From contig JAQTMK010000001.1 in the NCBI GenBank assembly GCA_028714375.1, positions 243,636 through 307,635 on the forward strand: a DNA stretch of 64,000 nt, written 5' to 3'. Position 1 is the stretch's first letter; the number at the start of each line of letters is the position of its first letter. Made by a program: the position numbers and the translations under genes. The notes below the pieces were generated by a model that was not told the origin of the DNA, did no database searches, and worked only from the letters and a program-made list of their open reading frames with translations. The stretch comes from Candidatus Nanoarchaeia archaeon (GTDB lineage: Archaea; Nanobdellota; Nanobdellia; SCGC-AAA011-G17; JACPNG01). Below are positions 58,403 to 64,000 of the stretch, in pieces.

Positions 58403-59104
58403 CTAACGGTAGTATTTCATGATATCTTCAATCTCGTCTTCAGAAATAGCACATCCTCTTAATTTTAATCCCCATAATAAACCCTCTAGAAGATTTTTTT
58501 TAAGGTCTATCTCAACCTTAGCCCCGTTCTGTTTAAGATAATCATCAAGAACTCCAATCTCAAAACCAACAGACATTAACTCAGTAGATCTTAGAATATT
58601 AATTTTTTTAAATTCATCTTTGAAAAAATCAAGATTATCTTTGTTTACCTCAATCTTGCTGTGTAATTTTCTTTCAAATAATTTAACCAAATCCTTAGGA
58701 TCTTCAACCAATAACCTTAAAGTTCTCTCATCAACAATCAAAGCATCTGAATTAAGGTATTCAGCCAAGGCCAAACATTCCATATCATTCTGACTTACCA
58801 AAGTTATCCAATTTCCTCTTGCCCTAATTAAGTTATTTGCTCTGTCAGCTATCTGTTTTGCTCTTTCTTTAACTCTTGGATTAGAATAAATCTCCAAAAT
58901 CCCTTTATTGACTTCAGACAAAACCTGAATCGCTTCTAATTTATATTTTTTAGAATCAAGTGGTTTAATTATAAGTTCTTCTTTAATGCCTTCAGGAATA
59001 TAAAACTGTCCTTTGAATTTTTCTTTTAGTTTTGAAAGACTCCAGAGTAAATCATTTGTTACTATGCTTATTATTGCACTTGAGTCAAAAACAAGCGATT
59101 TCAT
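58403..59104 (-). CDS. PIN-domain-like protein
   Basis: LVFDSSAII, IKEEL, DMECLALA, LIVDER. Confidence 0.7.
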   Translation of the reverse strand: MKSLVFDSSAIISIVTNDLLWSLSKLKEKFKGQFYIPEGIKEELIIKPLDSKKYKLEAIQVLSEVNKGILEIYSNPRVKERAKQIADRANNLIRARGNWITLVSQNDMECLALAEYLNSDALIVDERTLRLLVEDPKDLVKLFERKLHSKIEVNKDNLDFFKDEFKKINILRSTELMSVGFEIGVLDDYLKQNGAKVEIDLKKNLLEGLLWGLKLRGCAISEDEIEDIMKYYR

Positions 59105-59670
59105 ACTTCAAATATTCTCCTTGCTATTTCAAGTCTCTCTTTTGTTTTTTTTGTAACAAGGGGTTCAGCATCAGTAATGTCTATGTTTCCAAGATAGCTC
59201 ATCAGGTCCCAGGTGGATATTCCTAGAATTTGTGCAGCTCTTGAAGCAGATACTCCATGCTCATAAATTTTAGAACCTTTCTTGACTCTTGCACTGTTAA
59301 TCACAGAAATAATATATTTACCCAACTGGCTTTCAATCTTGGACATGCTTTTAAGTATCAGGCTTATTGAATTGTTGTATTTTATAACATCATCTCTTTC
59401 AAGACCTTCTTTTGCCTTTCCAAGATATAAAACCAAATCCTTGCTAAATCTTTCCCACTTCTTACTGTGAGTTAATTCAGGATTGTTGAAAATTTTGTAC
59501 AAAGAATAAACAACAATGGTGATACTTATTGAAGAATCATCCTGGCTTGTTGTGGCATTATGGATAGTGTGATCAGAAATTTCCTTTAAAGCTGTAACAT
59601 CGTTCTTTGAAATTGCTACTAAGGCTTCATTAATAAGATTTATTATATCCTTTTTTATTAGGTCATTCAT
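59101..59670 (-). CDS. Conserved hypothetical protein with C-terminal HTH
   Basis: GVSASRAAQILGISTWDLM; coupled to the PIN-like gene. Confidence 0.65.
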   Translation of the reverse strand: MNDLIKKDIINLINEALVAISKNDVTALKEISDHTIHNATTSQDDSSISITIVVYSLYKIFNNPELTHSKKWERFSKDLVLYLGKAKEGLERDDVIKYNNSISLILKSMSKIESQLGKYIISVINSARVKKGSKIYEHGVSASRAAQILGISTWDLMSYLGNIDITDAEPLVTKKTKERLEIARRIFEV

Positions 59671-59671
59671 T

Positions 59672-60418
59672 TTATCTCTTTTTTATTAAAAGGTATATAG
59701 ATATTAGGAACAAAGGAATATTTAAAAGTTGCCCTAAAGTTAAACCACCAATCAGTCCTATCTGAACATCTGGTTCTCTGTAAAACTCTAGGATAAATCT
59801 CAAAACAGAATACAAGAACAAAAACAATCCAAAATTAAACCCGTCTTTGTGCTTATTTTTCCTTGTTGAAAATAAAACAATAAAAATAAACAGATTTTTT
59901 AATGATTCATAGATCTGTGATGGATGTCTGTATCCCTCTGCGTTTGGAAACTTAACAGCCCATGAGACATTGGTTACTCTTCCGTATAATTCTCCGTTTA
60001 TGAAATTACCAATCCTTCCTAAACACAACCCTAAAGCCAAGGGTATTACAGAAATGTCTGCTAGTTTCCAGAAATTTATTTTTTTAATTCTGGAATAAAT
60101 AAGGCCAGCAACTATTGCTCCAGCTAATCCCCCATGGAAAGATAACCCCCCTTTCCAAAGCATGATTATTTCTTCTGGATTTAATATGAAATAATTTAGA
60201 TTGTAAAACAAAACATAAAATATTCTTGCTCCAATTATTGCTCCTATAATCCCATAAAATAAAAAGTCCTCTACGTTTAGGTTAAGTTCCTTTTCCCTTG
60301 AAAGTTTTTTTAGTATAAAATAAGCCAAGATTAATGAAATAACATAGATTAATCCGTAATATCTTATCTCTAATCCAAAGACTGTCAGTAAGGTTGGATT
60401 TAAATTATGGATAAACAT
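59672..60418 (-). CDS. lgt: Prolipoprotein diacylglyceryl transferase
   Basis: IRYYGL, GARIFYV, GGLSFHGG, GRIGNFINGELYG, HPSQIYE, RFILEFYREPD, GQ.L. Confidence 0.93.
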   Translation of the reverse strand: MFIHNLNPTLLTVFGLEIRYYGLIYVISLILAYFILKKLSREKELNLNVEDFLFYGIIGAIIGARIFYVLFYNLNYFILNPEEIIMLWKGGLSFHGGLAGAIVAGLIYSRIKKINFWKLADISVIPLALGLCLGRIGNFINGELYGRVTNVSWAVKFPNAEGYRHPSQIYESLKNLFIFIVLFSTRKNKHKDGFNFGLFLFLYSVLRFILEFYREPDVQIGLIGGLTLGQLLNIPLFLISIYLLIKKR

Positions 60419-60505
60419 AAAAAAATAAAGAAGAAGTTATTTATAGAGTTTTGGTTCGAATGGATAGGGTTAGAAGGTAATAAATGGTTGGAATTGATTA
60501 AACTC

Positions 60506-60988
60506 TTATCTTTTTAATGAATTCATTACTTGCTTAAGTTCTTTATAATTAATCAAAATAACCAAAATAATATATAAAATTTCCATTATAGCAAGTAACC
60601 CAACAACAATTAAGAAATAATCTTGCCACACATCAAAGAGGGATTGATAATTTTTTATAATATAATCTATTAAGGCAATTATAGAAAATATTAAATTCCA
60701 AAAAGTAAAATATACGAAGATGAAAGCAATAAGGTTATCATTAATGAATATTTCTTTAAGTTTTTGTGAAAGTTCATCTCCTTTACTCTCTCCGAGTTTA
60801 GATTTCCATCTATCTTTAATGACTATATATCCTACTGAAATGATTGCTGAAATAAAAAGAAACATAGAACTACTAAAAGAAAATCTATCTATTATAGCTA
60901 AAATTAAGAATATGGATGTTGGAGCAAAAAGCCCATATTTTTTAATTCCTTTCTCTAAATCTAATATTTTGAATATTTCCTCACTCAT
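60506..60988 (-). CDS. Membrane hypothetical protein
   Basis: Four hydrophobic segments. Confidence 0.6.
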   Translation of the reverse strand: MSEEIFKILDLEKGIKKYGLFAPTSIFLILAIIDRFSFSSSMFLFISAIISVGYIVIKDRWKSKLGESKGDELSQKLKEIFINDNLIAFIFVYFTFWNLIFSIIALIDYIIKNYQSLFDVWQDYFLIVVGLLAIMEILYIILVILINYKELKQVMNSLKR

Positions 60989-61094
60989 TATAGCTAAAAT
61001 TAGCCATTTCCCCTTTATATTTTTTGTTTTCTTATTTCTTATATTTTCTACCTTTTAAGTCCCTCTTACTTAACAATGCACGTCTACACAGGGA

Positions 61095-61664
61095 TTAAGG
61101 CTCTAATAATTTTTTTAATTTCAGGTGAACTTTGATAACTACTTCTTTAAAATCACTAACTAACTCCTGAATATTATCATATTCCACAAATTTTTTTTGT
61201 ATTGAACTAAACTTTACACCCCCCTTACATAGCTGAACCATTGCTTCATCATAATCAAGATTGTGGTGAAAGGCATTTCTTATAGCTCCAATTACGTTCA
61301 AATCATTAAATAAATCGTTATCAATTAGATTAATCTCAATATTCTTAGTTGGATGATTAATATGAATCATCTTTAAAAGAATTATTTTCCCAAAATAATC
61401 AATATATCTAGTTTTTAAAAAATCAGCAAAATCTGAATATTCCAGAAGAGTGGACTTTCCAGTTAAAGTCTTAACCAATAATTCATCAATTTTAAGTTCT
61501 ATATGGAGATGACCATTAAGAAATACATTTCTAGGATTACTTTGTTTTAAGGCTTCATAAAGATTATATCTCTTAGAAGTGTAACGACCAATTTTTATTT
61601 TTTTGAGTCCATCATAGTAATCGTGGGTGACCTCACCAACATCTATTTTGTTTAATCCTTTCAT
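61095..61664 (-). CDS. Hypothetical protein with HEPN-like RxxxxH motif
   Basis: IRNAFHH; upstream H..IE helix. Confidence 0.55.
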   Translation of the reverse strand: MKGLNKIDVGEVTHDYYDGLKKIKIGRYTSKRYNLYEALKQSNPRNVFLNGHLHIELKIDELLVKTLTGKSTLLEYSDFADFLKTRYIDYFGKIILLKMIHINHPTKNIEINLIDNDLFNDLNVIGAIRNAFHHNLDYDEAMVQLCKGGVKFSSIQKKFVEYDNIQELVSDFKEVVIKVHLKLKKLLEP

Positions 61665-61669
61665 CTTAC

Positions 61670-62047
61670 CTAAACCACTTTAATCTCAGGCTCATCTGGA
61701 GTCTGTTTTGAATCTGGTTGTGGGAAGTTAATCAAAATTCCTTTTTTAATGCCTAAAACTTCCATATACTTTTTTAGCTGGACTTCTTCTTTATTACTTA
61801 ATTTAGTTCCAACAGCTTTAAGCTCAATAATCATCTTTCCGTCTTTGCCTTCATTAATAATTAAATCTGGTATTCCCTGACCTACATTATACTTTTTGTA
61901 GAAAATGGGAACTATCCTTTGGTTTTCATAAGGTATCTTGTTTAATCTTAAACCAACTTCCATAGCCTTTTGATAAATACATTCTGTGTGACCTGAGCCT
62001 AATTCATTAAACACATCTTTTGCTATTTCTTTTATCTTGTTTATCAT
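61670..62047 (-). CDS. GxxExxY family PD-(D/E)xK protein
   Basis: LGSGHTECIYQKAM, PDLII, IIELKA, QLKKY, GILINF. Confidence 0.88.
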   Translation of the reverse strand: MINKIKEIAKDVFNELGSGHTECIYQKAMEVGLRLNKIPYENQRIVPIFYKKYNVGQGIPDLIINEGKDGKMIIELKAVGTKLSNKEEVQLKKYMEVLGIKKGILINFPQPDSKQTPDEPEIKVV

Positions 62048-62088
62048 TTAAGCCTCCTAAAACCTCATTTTTGGTGGGTTCTGGGTGT

Positions 62089-62493
62089 TTATATAGGTTT
62101 ACTTACTCTCAGATTTTTTTCCTTTTTCTCAGTTCTTTCATCAAAAAAATCTTTAAGTTCTTTTTTTAAGGAATTAATCTTATCTTTATGATGGGTTTTA
62201 TTTATAATTTCATTTTTTAACAGATTATCAAATAACTCTTTTTTCTTAAAAATAATTTCTAATTTTCTCAGTTCTCTTTCTTCTTTATAATTATTATACA
62301 TTTCACCCATACCCCAAAGGGTTAAGGGCACACCAAGAACGTATAGATAAAGAACTGGGCAAGTTTGAGTTAATCCAATACATATATTCTTAATACTAGC
62401 ATAATACCAAGCTCCCCCCAAACACAAGAGTCCAATAAAGGTTATTAAAAAATCGTATCTGACATATTTTGGTGGATTAAACAAACCATTCAT
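62089..62493 (-). CDS. Two-TM membrane hypothetical protein
   Basis: Two TMs then a charged tail. Confidence 0.6.
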   Translation of the reverse strand: MNGLFNPPKYVRYDFLITFIGLLCLGGAWYYASIKNICIGLTQTCPVLYLYVLGVPLTLWGMGEMYNNYKEERELRKLEIIFKKKELFDNLLKNEIINKTHHKDKINSLKKELKDFFDERTEKKEKNLRVSKPI

Positions 62494-62497
62494 ATTA

Positions 62498-62728
62498 CTA
62501 CCTCATAATTTTGGATAAACTAAATACAAGAGTTGCAAATAATAAAATTGCACTTATATATTTTAAAGGTTCTATATCTTTAGTTACGCTAAAAAACATA
62601 AAAATAGTTGTCAAGGTCGCAGAACCTAATATCATTAAATCCCTTATCTCAATTTTACTCATATTCAAATTTAAATGTATTATTCCTTTAAATTCCTTTT
62701 CTTTGGGTTTTTTCCTCATTTTCACCAC
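62498..62728 (-). CDS. Small two-TM hypothetical protein
   Basis: Basic N-terminus, two hydrophobic segments. Confidence 0.5.
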   Translation of the reverse strand: MVKMRKKPKEKEFKGIIHLNLNMSKIEIRDLMILGSATLTTIFMFFSVTKDIEPLKYISAILLFATLVFSLSKIMR

Positions 62729-62831
62729 CTTCCTGCTTTAAGCCACGCATTTGACACCTCTTTTTAGCCACGAATTTTGGACGAGACCCTCAAAAGAAAA
62801 TCTTTTAAACAAAGACTATTATTTAATTCTA

Positions 62832-63467
62832 ATGAAAAAAGAGGTAATATTTATAATCTGTGCCCATTCAGATGATGAAGCCATTGGCATGGGCGGAACC
62901 ATTTTCAAATATCTTGAAGAAAAAAAACAGTTGGTAAAAATAATATTCTCTTTTGGTGAACAGTCACATCCACATATAAAAGAAGAGCACACTAAAAAAA
63001 CAAGAGTAAAAGAAACAACAAGGATAGAAAAAAGACTTGGAATTAAAACTTATTTCTTGGGTGTTAAAGATTTTAAAATTAAAGATGAAATCCATAATAG
63101 TAAGCTAAAAGAAAATCTCTCAAATCTTATCAAAAAATACAAACCACAAAAAATATTTATGACTTCTTTGAATGATATTCACACAGATCATAGGGCAGTT
63201 GCAAATATAACTCTCGATACATGCAGGAAAATTAAATATCCTGGGGAGATCTACACCTATGAAGTTTGGGCTCCAAAAAAAGAAAATAACCCTTACATCT
63301 ACGTTGATGTTTCAAAATATCAAAAAAAGAAAATAGAACTAATAAAAGAATTTGTAAGTCAAAAAATATACACCTATCCGTTGTTATTCCTTTATTTTTT
63401 AAGATCAAGAAGCTATGGTAAAAAAATTCAGTCAAAATATGCAGAGAGGTTTTACAGAATACAATGA
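62832..63467 (+). CDS. PIG-L/LmbE-family deacetylase
   Basis: AHSDDE.IGMGGT, R..E, D.HTDH; start corrected to 62832. Confidence 0.9.
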   Translation: MKKEVIFIICAHSDDEAIGMGGTIFKYLEEKKQLVKIIFSFGEQSHPHIKEEHTKKTRVKETTRIEKRLGIKTYFLGVKDFKIKDEIHNSKLKENLSNLIKKYKPQKIFMTSLNDIHTDHRAVANITLDTCRKIKYPGEIYTYEVWAPKKENNPYIYVDVSKYQKKKIELIKEFVSQKIYTYPLLFLYFLRSRSYGKKIQSKYAERFYRIQ

Positions 63468-64000
63468 AAATACTTTTTGTTGTTACAGGATTTGGATACG
63501 GGGATTCTGTCAGGACAGATGCAATCATAGATGAAATAAAAAAACTAAATCCAAAATCCAAGTTTTTAATTTTAGGGTATTCGAAATCCTATGCTTACTT
63601 TAGCAAAAAATATCACACCCTGGAAGTTGAGGGTTATAATTTCCCAGATAAGGACATGAAATTCAGTGCTTCAAAGTTTTTGCTGAGAAATTTTTATCTC
63701 CCAAAGAAATGGTTTAATAATTTTAAAAAACACAAGACAATAATAGAAGATTTTAACCCAGACATCGTTGTTTCTGATTTTGAACCGCTTGGGATAATCA
63801 TTGCAAGAAAGTTAGGTATAAAATGTATCTCCATATTTGGATTTGATCCTTTAACATACAAAGACTATCCCAATAAAAAAGGAATTTTGAGTTTGCAGTC
63901 AACCTATATCAGCAGGGTTTACCATGAATCTGATCTGGTAATCATTCCTTCATTTAAAAAACAAAAGGCCCACAGCAATATTATCTATGTAAACCCAATA
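63464..64000 (+). CDS. Glycosyltransferase (GT28/MJ1255-like), 3' truncated by window edge
   Basis: MKILFVVTGFGYGDSVR...FNPDIVVSDFEP...ARKLGIKCI. Confidence 0.8.
   Translation, partial: MKILFVVTGFGYGDSVRTDAIIDEIKKLNPKSKFLILGYSKSYAYFSKKYHTLEVEGYNFPDKDMKFSASKFLLRNFYLPKKWFNNFKKHKTIIEDFNPDIVVSDFEPLGIIIARKLGIKCISIFGFDPLTYKDYPNKKGILSLQSTYISRVYHESDLVIIPSFKKQKAHSNIIYVNPI

Noticed and set aside
1-64000. CRISPR array, cas genes or an RNA-guided (TnpB/IscB) component
   Set aside because: No regularly spaced 25-40-bp repeats and no Cas or RuvC-type motifs recognised by eye.

Overview
A low-GC (AT-rich) archaeal chromosome segment, most consistent with a DPANN lineage (Woesearchaeota/Pacearchaeota-like). 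The basis is archaeal-type uL13/uS9/RpoN, eL43/RpoP/prefoldin, GatDE, FtsZ/SepF, TrmB, AMP phosphorylase, SMC and many apparently leaderless genes ~20-25 nt behind BRE/TATA motifs. It holds a stand-alone 5S rRNA gene and five tRNAs (Pro, Gly, Ser, initiator Met, and an intron-containing Trp). The main discovery is a 7,718-bp transposon at 1769-9486, read directly from the sequence. It has 17-bp terminal inverted repeats (16/17 identical), a perfect 5-bp AGTCA target-site duplication, one ISH3/IS4-like DDE transposase with an N-terminal extension, and about 13 passenger genes (regulators, PIN, Fic/Doc, secreted and zinc-binding proteins), i.e. an unusually large cargo-carrying unit element rather than a simple IS. 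Other highlights: a repeat-containing PD-(D/E)xK nuclease whose last codons lie inside the 5' end of the intron-containing tRNA-Trp; a full-length bacterial-type RelA/SpoT; a bacterial-type Lgt with lipobox candidates; an unannotated ultra-acidic microprotein; and a repeat/structure-rich region upstream of ftsZ. All protein calls rest on motif recognition by eye, with no database searches.
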